A stretch of DNA of 64,000 bases from Octopus sinensis (taxonomy: Eukaryota). A program made the translations under genes and the position numbers. Where the stretch lies: the NCBI RefSeq assembly GCF_006345805.1, contig NC_043014.1:17112001-17176000 (forward strand), written 5' to 3'. Below are positions 13,235 to 24,544 of this stretch, one piece after another. Below the pieces are notes generated by a model that was not told where the DNA came from, did no database searches, and was given only the letters and a program-made list of their open reading frames with translations. Each line of letters begins with the position of its first letter. Position 1 is the stretch's first letter.

Positions 13235-13420
13235 CATACATGATATGTATATATATAGATATATAGTTAATCCAAACATGAAAACAAAGACAAAACATAA
13301 CAGGACGTGGAACAAGTATAGTGTTATTGAACACTCAGGAAAAGAAAGAAAGAAAGGGGATTTAACATTTTGATTGGAGCTCTTCATCAGAAATATAGGA
13401 AAGGGAAAGATATACACACG
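12790..13420 (-). mobile_element. Penelope-like terminal relics embedded in TA-rich repeats
   Basis: Minus strand reads ttctgatgaagagctccaatcaaaatgttaaa...cctgagtgttcaataacactatacttgttccacgtcc, typical of the CTGATGA...GAAAC-type termini of Penelope-like elements (recognition, not a search). Confidence 0.4.
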
Positions 13421-13559
13421 GTCACATATATTTAAAATTATAATTTAGGGTATCTAAGAGAGACCACCACGCAGAAATAGCAGTCAAAACTTGACTCTAA
13501 AACCACATTAAATGTTCATATGGCACCAGGAGGGAAGACAAAGTAAATGAGCAAAAAAA

Positions 13560-13594
13560 ATGATATATATATATGATAATTATATATGATATAT

Positions 13595-13637
<43 letters not shown>

Positions 13638-14021
13638 ATATACATATGTATATATATATGATATATGTGTGTATATATATATATATGATAATTATATATG
13701 TATATATGTATGTATATAATGTATGTATATATATGTGTGTATGTATGTATATATATATATGTATGTATGGATATATATGTATATATATGTATGTATGTAT
13801 ATGTAGGTATATATATATATGTATGTATATATATATGTATATATATATATATGTATATATATATGATAATTATATATTATATATATACATATATATGTAC
13901 ATATATATTTATAGATTATATACATACCTATACATGTATTTATACATGATATATATATCCAGCATGTACATGCTCACACACATATATATAGGGTACACAC
14001 ACACACACACACACACACATA

Positions 14022-14055
<34 letters not shown>
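13560..14055. repeat. (TA)n/(TATG)n/(CA)n microsatellite array
   Basis: Direct read. Confidence 0.95.
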
Positions 14056-14057
<2 letters not shown>

Positions 14058-14436
14058 TGCAGGAGTGGCTGAGTGCTAAGTAGCTTGTTTACCAACCACA
14101 TGGTTCCGGGTTCAGTCCCACTGCATGGCACCTCGGGCAAGTATCTTCTACTATAGCCTCGGGCCGACCAATGCCTTGTGAGTGGATTTGGTAGATGGAA
14201 ACTGAAAGAAGTCCATCGTATATATGTACGTGAGTGTATGGTTGTGTTTGTCCACCTAGCATTGCTTGACAACCGATGCTGGTGTGTTTATGTCCCCATT
14301 ACATAGTCATTCGGCAAAAGAGACTGATAGAATAAGTACTGGGCTTACAAAGAATAAGTCCTGGTGTCGAGTTGCTTGATTAAAGGCGGTGCTCCAGCAT
14401 GGCCGCAGTCAAAATGACTGAAACAAGTAAAAAGAG
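14056..14436 (+). mobile_element. Full-length tRNA-derived SINE family A
   Basis: A box, B box (ggttcagtccc), cctcgggcaagt core and tail tgactgaaacaagtaaaaagag. Confidence 0.9.
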
Positions 14437-14669
14437 AAAGAGAATACACACACACATACACCCACAGGTGTGTGTATATATATGTGTGTATGTATGGCAG
14501 CAACAACATTGGCAGCATTAGTAACAACATAAAGAAGTGCTTTGCTGGTAACATATGCAGGGGCAGTAACATTACCGATGCAACCACCACCACTAACACC
14601 AGCAGCCCTTGCTTTTACATAGCAACAGCAGCAGCAGTTACAACTACATCAACAGCAGCTACAGTGGTG

Positions 14670-15110
14670 TGAACAACAATAATAGGTACAACGCCGACAT
14701 TGCAAGTCTACAGAAATGTATTTGTTGGACCAGGAATTCATTTTCCCAACCATGGATCCTTCAAAGTCCTGGAAAGGAGATACATAACATGGCTGGCCAG
14801 CCACATATGGCAACTAGAAGACGACAGAGTTCCACACTCCATCTTATGGAAAATCCTCAAAAACTCAGACCTCTACATAAATGGGATGAAACGCTGCAAG
14901 CTATGCATAGCTGAATTCATGGGAATCCTAAGGGACTCATTCGAACCAGGGGCTATACTTAACTCCAGAATGGAGATTCTTGGGCCATGTTTGCAGGAGA
15001 GGGAGATAATCCCCTATTATTTACCCTCAGCTGAATGATGGCATTATGGTTGGAAGCTATTGGCGAAATGAGATAATTCAGACTTTCCCTTCCATATTTT
15101 AAAGAGGTCA
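14670..15110 (+). mobile_element. Penelope-like element 3' fragment (GIY-YIG endonuclease C-terminus)
   Basis: ORF 14700-15038 TWLASHIWQLE...WKILKNSDLYINGMKRCKLCIAEF...LNSRMEILGPC matches the LSKHIWxLK...W.IL...Y..G.KRC.LC..E...LN.R.E...C pattern of Penelope GIY-YIG domains. Confidence 0.75.
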
Positions 15111-15269
15111 TAGGTCATCAGGTCTTGGGTTTTGACGATATGCCATAAAATTAAACCCTTTATGGACAGGAAACCCAGGATAACCCCATAAATCAGCCTT
15201 CACCAGGAAAAATATAGACCACTCTACTTCTTAGAGTGTGCTTCACTGGATTTATGTTTTTCTAAAAAC

Positions 15270-15642
15270 GATATATATACCTCCTCCAGGCATTTGATGT
15301 AGGCCTCTGTGTTCAGTCTGAGACCATGTGGGAATATGAATGGAAGCATAACATTGCCATTTCTAGTGATCACTCCAAACACCATGATGTTGGTACATAT
15401 TTTGGGGACATGGTAAGTCAGTGGTTCTGTGCATTCACCATCTGTTTTTATTGGAGCGTCCGGCACGAATGCCAACCAATTCCAAATTTCTGGCAGAGTA
15501 AATTGTGTCACGGTACTGTTTTTCGCACAGATGGTGCTCAACTGACCCAAGTATATCGTGTAATTAACAAAATCAAAAACAAACAATGCACATGTGTAAA
15601 ATTAAAACTATGAAATGGTGACAATTTACCCATCACACCCTG
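15270..15642 (-). mobile_element. Tc1/maT-like fragment, same family as 451-1103
   Basis: Ends ...catcacaCCCTG|ta. Minus ORF IMVFGVITRNGNVMLPFIFPHGLRLNTEAYIKCLEEV is a DD[E/D] catalytic-core segment. Confidence 0.8.
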
Positions 15643-15932
15643 TATATATGCTGGAGAAATGATTAAATGCAAGTTTGTTTTCTCCATACATTTCAGTTGT
15701 GGTTATTTTCAAATTTGCACTAAATGTTCCAAGTGCAGTTGGTTGCTGAACACCACAGTATATCATCAAGACAACACTTTATTGCATTATTTTATATATG
15801 TTCAGTAACACTACTAAGTATAGTAATACCACACCACTTTACTGGAAGCAGATTGGATGCTGATATTCTGCATGGAGTTTGAAACTCAACAGTAGCAGTT
15901 GTGCATCTAACTGTACACACAATATATACATA

Positions 15933-15964
<32 letters not shown>

Positions 15965-16832
15965 GGGAGAATTGAAAAAAAACAAAAGATGAAGTCAGGT
16001 GGTGTAGACAACAGATCTATTAGTTTAATGCTCGGGGAGTGAAAAAGTCTTTAATATTTAGAGCCTACGTTCTTCCACAGAAAGAAACGGAGAGAAAATA
16101 CAGTGTAGTGGGTAGCGATCTATCATGGCGAATGCCGGACAAAGGGGTCACACAGGAGAGCCAGGAAGAAGGGGAGATAATAAAGTAGTGGTGATCCCAA
16201 AATGAAGGTGCACGTGCATGTGTATATGAGAGCATATATGGGTGTGTGGGTGCTGGGAAGTAATCAGTGCTAGTGTGTGCATGGTGGTGTGGTGTGGTGG
16301 GACAGGTGAGAGTGGGGAAAGCAAGGGTGGGGTGTGGGTTAGGCTGATATATACATGTAAAAAACAAAAATAGGGAAAACAACAAAATTCAAAAGGATGT
16401 ACACAGCGAATATATGAGATTGATGCTCAGAGAAAGTAAGATGGAAAAAAGATGGGGTGTGACATTTCAAGCATGATTCTTTGTCAGAAAGGAAAGCAGT
16501 AAATGACTGGAGAGAAGGAAAAGGATAGTCCTAGAAAAGCATATATATATATATATATATGTATGTATAATTATTTTCTTGTTAATTAATGATTCCTATC
16601 AATATAAATATTCCCCCACTACATGTCTACTATTACATGTCTTATGAAAAGAAACAAAAATCTCATTGTTTTGGGCGAATGATTCAACCATTATGAAACC
16701 AAAGATTTTTTACCATTGTCTCTGAAGGCAGCTGTGCACCTCACCAACCCACCCATCCCACTTTAAATGACACATTCACTTGCATTCTTTTATTTATTCT
16801 GATCTCCCACCCAAAGAATATTCATCGTAATA

Positions 16833-18123
16833 CGAGGGGCGTTCAATAAGTAATGCCTCTGACCCACTTGCCTTTGTTTGATTTAGCTGAAATTTTGCAC
16901 GTCCACTTATCTATGTTTCTATAGATTACGTGGCAAATTACAGCTCCGAACTAACTTTGGTTTCTGATTTACAGGTGTTTGAAATGAGTCAAGTGGGAAA
17001 TGGAGCCTGTTGAGTGTCGAGCAATGATCCAGTTTTTGTATTTGAAATGACGCACACCACAGGAGACTTTTGATGAAATGAAAGTAACTTATGGTGATAA
17101 TGCCCCATCATATGACCTTGTAAAACGCTGGCATCGTGAATTCAAACATGGTCGGAACTCTGCGGAAACAGCTCCCAGATCTGTCACACCCCTTCTGCCA
17201 TTGATGAGGCATCTGTCCGTCAAGTTGAGGCTGCCATTTTGGAAGATCGACGCATAACTATTCGCCAAATAGCCCATGAGGTCAAGATTAGTACCGGGTC
17301 TGTGGAAACTATCATTCATGACCATTTGCATATGCAAAAGGTGTCTGCCAGATGGATTCCCAGGTTGCTCACACTTTTCCAGAAGCAAGAACGCGTCAAG
17401 TGCTCGAGGATGAATTTAGGGATGTGCCAAGAAGATGAGTCAAAATTTTTCAAAAGACTGATTACACAGGATGAGACCTGGGTCCATCACTATGATCCAC
17501 AGATCAAAGCCCAGTCAATGCAGTGGAAGCACCATGACTCACCTCCTCCAAAGAAGGCAAGGGTGAAGCCCTCCGCTGGCAAGGTCATGCTCACAGTCTT
17601 CTGGGACCAGGACGGAGTAGTGATGACAGATTTCCTGGCAAAGGGTACCACAATTACAGGAGCCTATCATGCTTCACTTTTGAGGAAATTAAGAGAAGCT
17701 ATCAAAACCAAGAGGTGGGGCAAGATCAGCAAAGGCATCCTCCTCTTGCAGGACAACGCTCCGGTCCACAACTCGCGTGTCGCCAGATCAGAAGCACAGG
17801 CGTGCGGCTATGAACTCTTCCCTCATCCCCCTACTCTCCTGACCTTGCACCCTCTGATTTTCACCTCTTCCCAGCCATGAAGTTGTTTTTGAAAGGAAAG
17901 CGTTTCCCAGATGATGCAGCCTTGATTTCTGAAGTCACGTCGTGCTTGGAAGACCAAGCTGGGGTCTTGTACGAAAACGGTCTCCAGAGCTGCATCAAAC
18001 AATGGGAGAAATGCGTAACTATGGGATGTTCCTATGTAGAAAAAGATTAATAACTGTACCAAGTTTCGTTGCTCTACTGCTATGGGAAGTGGATCAGGGG
18101 CATTACTTATTGAACGCTTCTCG
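16833..18123 (+). mobile_element. Near-full-length mariner (irritans/Himar-like, DD34D); transposase ~17000-18050 with few lesions
   Basis: ta|CGAGGGGCGTTCAATAAGTAATGCC...GGCATTACTTATTGAACGCTTCTCG|ta. Motifs WIPRLLT, ITQDETWVHHYDP, LLQDNAPVH and (Y)SPDLAPSDFHLF, with an early stop (~17047) and frameshifts (~17190, ~17830). Confidence 0.95.
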
Positions 18124-18924
18124 TAATTTCCATGACTTTTGTTTCGGGTGAACTTCTACTTAAAAGGAAATTCCATTTATGCATGTATGCATACATTTAC
18201 ACCGAGAAAAATCATTTAACATTGTCTTTACATTTGAATGTTTATCATTAAAAAATGTTTTGAAACCTAGAATTGTTTCTTCTTTTATTAAGAAGTGTGC
18301 GATGACCATGCTCAGGCACTGTCTTTGGGTGTCTTTCATTGACCCTATCAATATTAGAGCTAATTTCAAACATAGGGCAGGGTCCCATTTTAATGATGCC
18401 TGTTCATTGAAAGTAACCTTTGATAGCCTAGTATACTAGAGCAGTAAACATGTAAATGAACACACACACATACACACAAACACATCTTGCGGGCTTCTTC
18501 ATAGAATCATTCTCCCAATTTGACTCACATGACATTGATCAACCTAAGACTACAGTAAAAGACACTTACCCACTATACCACACAGCAGAATTGAACCCAG
18601 AAACCCATGGGTGTGAAGCAAATTTTTCAACCACAAAGCTATCCTTTATATATATTTTTATCAAAATTCTTTTGTTTAAAAGAAAAAGATCAAAGCCTTT
18701 TAATTTTTTCTTCTTTATTATGAAAATGTCCTGTGTAAGTTATCTGGCGTTAATATTGACTGGGGTTGGAAGTTTCTGGTACAAGAAAATTAAAGGGGAT
18801 AAGTTCAGCTAGGAATATTATCTTTGTCACATATTCTACTGAACTTGTAAATTATAACATGTTTCATGTACTAACAAAATTTGTAAATAATTTCAATATT
18901 CAATTCATCCAGTATTGTTTAAAG

Positions 18925-20352
18925 CAGTGATTCCCAATGTGGTCCCTGGAACCTACAAGTGGTCCCCAGAGAATTCGTAGCCGTAAAAAATTGAAGCCAT
19001 TTCAGATCTACACAAAATTGTTCGATAATAAAGACACTATTAGTTAATAATAATTTATATGAAGACAGAATAATGATAAGAAAACAAAATTCAATAATTA
19101 TTCCATAAGAATCAATAATGTATAATATATAATCAATAATATATTACAATCAAGAATTACATAATTTAAATTTTATAATCACAACAGTTTCATAATAAAT
19201 TCGATATTTTTAATAGATCACTACATAATATTGTTTAATAATAAATTTGATACTTTAAATTTATAGAAATAAAATATTTATTATTTAAATTTTTTTTATG
19301 GACAGTTGTAATAATATCTGAACCAACTGCTAAAAAGGCAAAACTGAAGAAATACAAAGAAGATTTTATCGTGTTTGGTTTTGTATCTGTAGACTCAAAA
19401 CCTATGTATCTTGAATGTAAATGCCATCATGACAAATTATTCCATGAAGAAATTTAAGCTGGAGCAGCACCAGAAATTAAGGCATCCATCATCTGTTGGT
19501 AAAGGTCGGGAATATTTTGAGAATAAAAAGAAAATACAGCTAATCAAACTACCTGACTTTGTAAAGAAGATAAATATTGAAAAAGTAAAGACACTCAATC
19601 CAAGTTATTTGGTTTCTGAAATTATTGCCAAGGTTGCAGCACCTCAGATTTAAGGTGAGAATCTTGTCAAACCTGCTGTGATAGCTTGTGCAAATGAGGT
19701 TCTGGGAAAAGATGCTGAACCTACTCTGAGTACAATTCCACTTTCAAACAACACAATTACAAGAAGACAGGATGAAATGTCTAATTTTGTTGAGGAGAAA
19801 GAAGATTGTGCAAATTCTCCAAACGACCAATTTTTCTATCCAGGTTGATGATAGCACAATTCATAACCAAGTTATCCTTCTGGTCTATGTCAGATTCAAG
19901 GGAAGAAATGTTATTCATTAAAATTTTTTTTTGAAACAACTAATGGAGAAGATATATTCAATGAAGTAATGCAGTATTTTAATGATAAAAATATTCCATC
20001 GACTAATTTGATCAACACTGCATCAGATGGAGCTGCAGCCATGACTGGAAAAGTGAAAGGCTTTGTTTCTAGAATGAAATCAGTTGCTCCTCACATTTTA
20101 AATATACGTTGCATTATCCACAGACAGCATGTGGTTGCTAAGAATATTGGAGGACACATGGAAAATGCACTCAACACTTCCATACATACAAATAACATTG
20201 TCAAATCAAACTCTGTGAATAATAGATTTTTTATGCAATTCTGTGAAGATGAAGATTTTAAAACCCTATTGCTTCACATAGAAGTAAGATGGGTCAAAAG
20301 GCCTGAGCTTTGAAAGACTAGTGAATTTGTGGGAGCCATTAATCCACTTTTT
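18925..20352 (+). mobile_element. hAT (Buster/Charlie-like) transposon, 5' part; degraded transposase
   Basis: Starts CAGTGATTCCCAA after gtttaaag. Reads GENLVKPAV..IPLSNNTITRR..FSIQVDDST..TASDGAAAMTGKVKGFV..RCIIHRQ..LHIEVRW. Confidence 0.9.
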
Positions 20353-23300
20353 CATGTTCAAGAGTCAGATGACTCATTACAACTCCAAGACAAGCTGATA
20401 CAGCTAAGAAAATTTTGGAAAGACCTTCTGATGCCTCCCACACCCTCAGGGTTGGCACCCTCAACGTTGGCACACTGAAAGGTAGGTCTGGTGAGATAGT
20501 CGAGATGCTTGAACGGAGATGTGTGGATATATGTTGCATGCAAGAAATAAGGTGGAGAGGAGGATCTGCTAGGTTCCTCACAGGCAAGGAACGCAGGTAC
20601 AAGATTTTCTGGGCAGGGAACACTGACGGGGTTGGTGGCGTGGGTATACTTATCACTGAGAAATGGGTAGATAAAGTAATTGAGGTAATCAGAGTATGTG
20701 ACAGAATACTTAAGATTAGATTAGTGCTTCATCATAGTTTAGCATCCATTATATCAGCCTATGCTCCTCAGTCGGGGCTACCCGATGGACAGAAAGACCG
20801 ATTCTATGACACTCTACTGCAGACTACCTCGTTGACGAATGACAGAGACCTTCTCTTTGTGGCTGGTGACTTCAATGGTCACATTGGACGACATGCTGGG
20901 GGCTTCCATGGCGTACATGGAGGCTATGGCTATGGCTCCCGCAACGAGGAGGGAACCAGGCTGCTGGAGTTCTGCGATGCAAATAATCTTATGATTTGCA
21001 ACACTAACTTCAGGAAACCTACCAGCCACCTAGTCACCTACCGATCGGGCCAACATACCAGCCAAATTGACAACATCCTTGCAAGGCAAAGGGACAGATG
21101 GCTGCTTATAAATGCCAAAACCTTCCTAGGCGAAGAATGTACCCCACAACATAGACTGGTAGTTAGTGACTTTAAGATCAGGACTAGGAGGACAACTAGA
21201 AGACGACCAATATGGAGAAAAAGGATCTGGAAGCTTAAAGATCCTGCAAATGGACAGAGATTTAGGGACATATTACTTGAAGCCTTTGATGAAGTAGAAG
21301 GGGATAAAGCATCACAGGGGGTAGAAGACAACTGGACGTTTCTAAGGGACAACCTGCTGAGAGCCACTGACCAGATCTGTGGCTGGTGCAAAGTCCCCTC
21401 TCAACCTAGAATAACGTGGTGGTGGAACAATATTGTAGACAGGGCTATTAGAGAAAAGAGACAGGCTTGGAAGGTCTGGAAAATGGGGGTAGCAGGGAAT
21501 TGTATCAGACTGCCAAAGGAGAAGCTAGGAGACAGGTTTATTTAGCCAGAGGGGAAGCAGATAAGAAAAAATTTGCCAATGTTCTGCGCCGTGAGGACCA
21601 AAGACTGGAGGTGTTTCGCGTTGCAAGACAGTGTGTGAGAGAGAATCGTGATGTGGTAGGAGAGAAGTGTGATCGCATGGAAGATGGTTCACTTGTGCTA
21701 AATGAGGATGCAAAGAGAGAGGTTTGGAGACGCCACTGTGAAAGGTTGCTGAATAAAGAAAATGAATGGGATAAAGAGAGTCTGCCGAATGTTGACCCAA
21801 CAGAGGGACCAGCTATCCGAGTTGATAGTTCCTTGGTAGTTAAGGCAATTAGAAGCATGAAGACAGGGAAAGCCCCAGGCCCATCAGGAATCACTGCAGA
21901 GATGCTCAAAATGTCTGGTAGTGTCGGCTATAGCCTAGTCACCCGTATAGTTAATCAGGTGATACACAAAGGAGTCATACCCAATGACTGCTGTAGCAGC
22001 ATAATAGTCAACTGCTACAAAGGTAAAGGTGACGCCCTAGATACAAATAATTACAGAGGTATCAAGCTGTTGGATCAGGTGATGAAGGTTACGGAGAGGG
22101 TCATAGCCCAACTAATTAGAGAGAGAGTTAGTTTAGATGAGATGCAGTTTGGGTTTGTGCCATGGAAAAGTACTACTGATGCTATATTCCTGGTAAGACA
22201 GCTGCAGGAGAAATACCTAGCCAAAGATAAGCCCCTGTACCTGGCTTTTGTTGACATGGAGAAAGCCTTCGACAGGGTCCCCGATCCCTTATCTGGTGGT
22301 CAATGAGGAAACTAGGGATAGATGAATGGTTAGTGAGAGCTGTGTGAGCCATGTATAGGGACGCTGCTAGTAAGGTGAGGGTTGGCAACGAGTACAGTGA
22401 AGAATTCCGGGTAGAGGTAGGGGTCCACCAAGGCTCAGTCCTCAGCCCCCTCCTATTTATCATAGTCCTCCAGGCAATAACGGAGGAATTTAAGACAGGA
22501 TGCCCTTGGGAGCTCCTCTATGCTGATGACCTTGCTCTAATTGCTGAGTCACTATCAGAACTGGAGGAGAAGTTTCAGGTGTGGAAACAAGAATTAGAAT
22601 CGAAGGGCCTTAGAGTCAATCTAGCTAAAACCAAAGTCGTAATCAGTAGGAAGGTAGACAAATCACAAACGCCTTCAGGTAGATGGCCCTGCTCGATCTG
22701 TAGAAAAGGTGTAGGTAGAAACTCTATAAGATGCACCAAGTGTAAGCTATGGACACATAAGAGGTGCAGCAATGTCAAAGGAAGGCTAACTAGGAAGATG
22801 GTTTTTGTATGTGGCAGATGCTCAGGAACAATAAACACTGAAAATGCTCTGAGACCAACTTCCGTCACTTTCCAGGGAGAAAAACTAGAAATAGTTGATA
22901 GTTTCCATTACCTAGGTGACCAAGTCAGCAGCGGGGGTGGGTGTGCTGAAAGTGTAACTGCTAGAGTAAGAATAGCTTGGGCAAAGTTCAGAGAGCTCTT
23001 ACCTCTGCTGGTGACAAAAGGCCTCTCACACAGAGTAAAAGGCAGACTGTATGATGCGTGTGTATGAACAGCCATGCTACATGGCAGTGAAACATGGGCC
23101 ATGACTGCTGAGGATATGCGTAAGCTCGCAAGAAATGAAGCCAGTATGCTCCGATGGATGTGTAATGACAGTACTCATACTCGGCAGAGTGTAAGTACCT
23201 TGAGAGAAAAGCTGGACCTAAGAAGCATCAGTTGTGGTGTGCAAGAGAGACGCTTGCACTGGTATGGGCATGTGGCGAGAATGGATGAAGATAGTTGTGT

Positions 23301-24010
23301 GAAAAAGTGCCACACCCTAGCGGTTGAGGGAACCTGTGGAAGAGGCAGACCCAGGAAAACCTGGGACGAGGTGGTGAGGCACGGCCTTCGAACTTTAGGT
23401 CTCACTGAGGAAATGACTAGAGACCGAGACCTCTGGAAGTGTGCTGTGTGCGAGAAGACCCGGCAGGACAAGTGAGACCATAACCCGTGGCCTTCTACAT
23501 GGGATGGAGCCAGCCTACGTATGCATACCTTCCCTTCTTGCGACACAAAGCTCTACTTGTGAAGACCTGTTGAGGCAAGTGAGGATCAGAATCGAAATCG
23601 ATCAATGGAAATTGCAGATGTGTTACCAGTGCCGGTGGCATGTAAGAGCACCATCCGTTCATGACCGTTGCCAGCGCCGCCCCGACTGGCCTCGTGCCGG
23701 TGGCATGTAAAAAGCACCATCCGTTCGTGTCCGTTGCCAGCCTCGCCTGGCCCTCGTGCCGGTGGCACATAAAAAGCACCATCCGTTCGTGGCCGTTTGC
23801 CAGCTCTGTCTGGCACCTGAGCAGGTGGCACGTAAATAGCACCCACTACACTCACGGAGTGGTTGGCGTTAGGAAGGGCATCCATCCGTAGAAACAATGC
23901 CTGATCTGACTAGGCCTGATGAAGCCTTCCAGCTTCACAGACCCCAGTTGAACCGTCCAACCCATGCTAGCATGGAAAACAGACGCTAAACAATGATGAT
24001 GATGATGATT
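20353..24010 (+). mobile_element. Near-full-length RTE-type LINE (APE + RT with PHD finger, long 3'-UTR, (GAT)n tail), inactivated
   Basis: APE motifs GTLNVGTL, MQEIRW, SAYAPQ, AGDFNGH, SQID. RT motifs KAPGPSGI, NYRGIKLL, QFGF, FVDMEKAFDRV, GVHQGSVLSPLLF, LYADDL. Frameshifts at ~21480 and ~22285; TGA stops at ~22340 and 23065. Confidence 0.97.
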
Positions 24011-24150
24011 ATACTTGAGTGATATTTTTAAAACAGTGAATCTGCTTAACTGCAAGGTAGAAAATCAGATTTGGTCACCTGTATACTGCTAGTATACATA
24101 TATACTAGCAGTAAAACCCATTGTTGATCAGGTAATTACTTTGACTGTTT
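24009..24150 (+). mobile_element. hAT transposase resumption after the RTE insertion
   Basis: tta tac ttg agt gat att ttt aaa aca gtg aat ctg ctt aac = LYLSDIFKTVNLLN, matching the LAYLxDIFxxLNxLN motif that follows EVRW in Buster-type transposases. Confidence 0.65.
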
Positions 24151-24544
24151 ATCGAGAGCCACATTTAAAGTATTATATGTATAATTTACTTCTCCTGTAT
24201 GTGTGTATTTTTATAAGAGAAAACCACGTAATAATTGAAGTAGAAGAAAGATTAATATCATACATGAACTTGTGTTTGTTTATGATAGCTAAGGCGGTGA
24301 TAGACAGCTAATGCGTGTATGAATGCGATGCGATCTCTGCCCAGTATGCCGAAGTGAAGAATGCATTAAGTAAATAAAAAGCAAGCGATTATTAGAGAGA
24401 AATAGCCGCGTGCATAAACGCGATATCGCCGCTGAGATGACAGCTTTTCGATCGATCGCGTCGCCAACTCTTTGCTCGCTCCAAACGCTATTGCTCTCTA
24501 CTACAAATCACTTGTCTGCACCCAACTTTATTACTAATATAATC

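Noticed and set aside
14056-14130. tRNA-like heads (also 36047, 48950-49022, 50316)
   Set aside because: They have A/B boxes but no complete cloverleaf, and each is fused to a SINE body and tail.
22330-23070. In-frame TGA codons in the RTE ORF as programmed read-through or selenocysteine
   Set aside because: Sister copies show CAA/CAT at these sites, consistent with CpG decay of CGN; the element also has frameshifts.
23630-23830. Regularly spaced ~50-bp repeats resembling a CRISPR array
   Set aside because: There are no unique spacers; the array is part of the RTE 3'-UTR and recurs in many copies; the context is eukaryotic with no cas genes.
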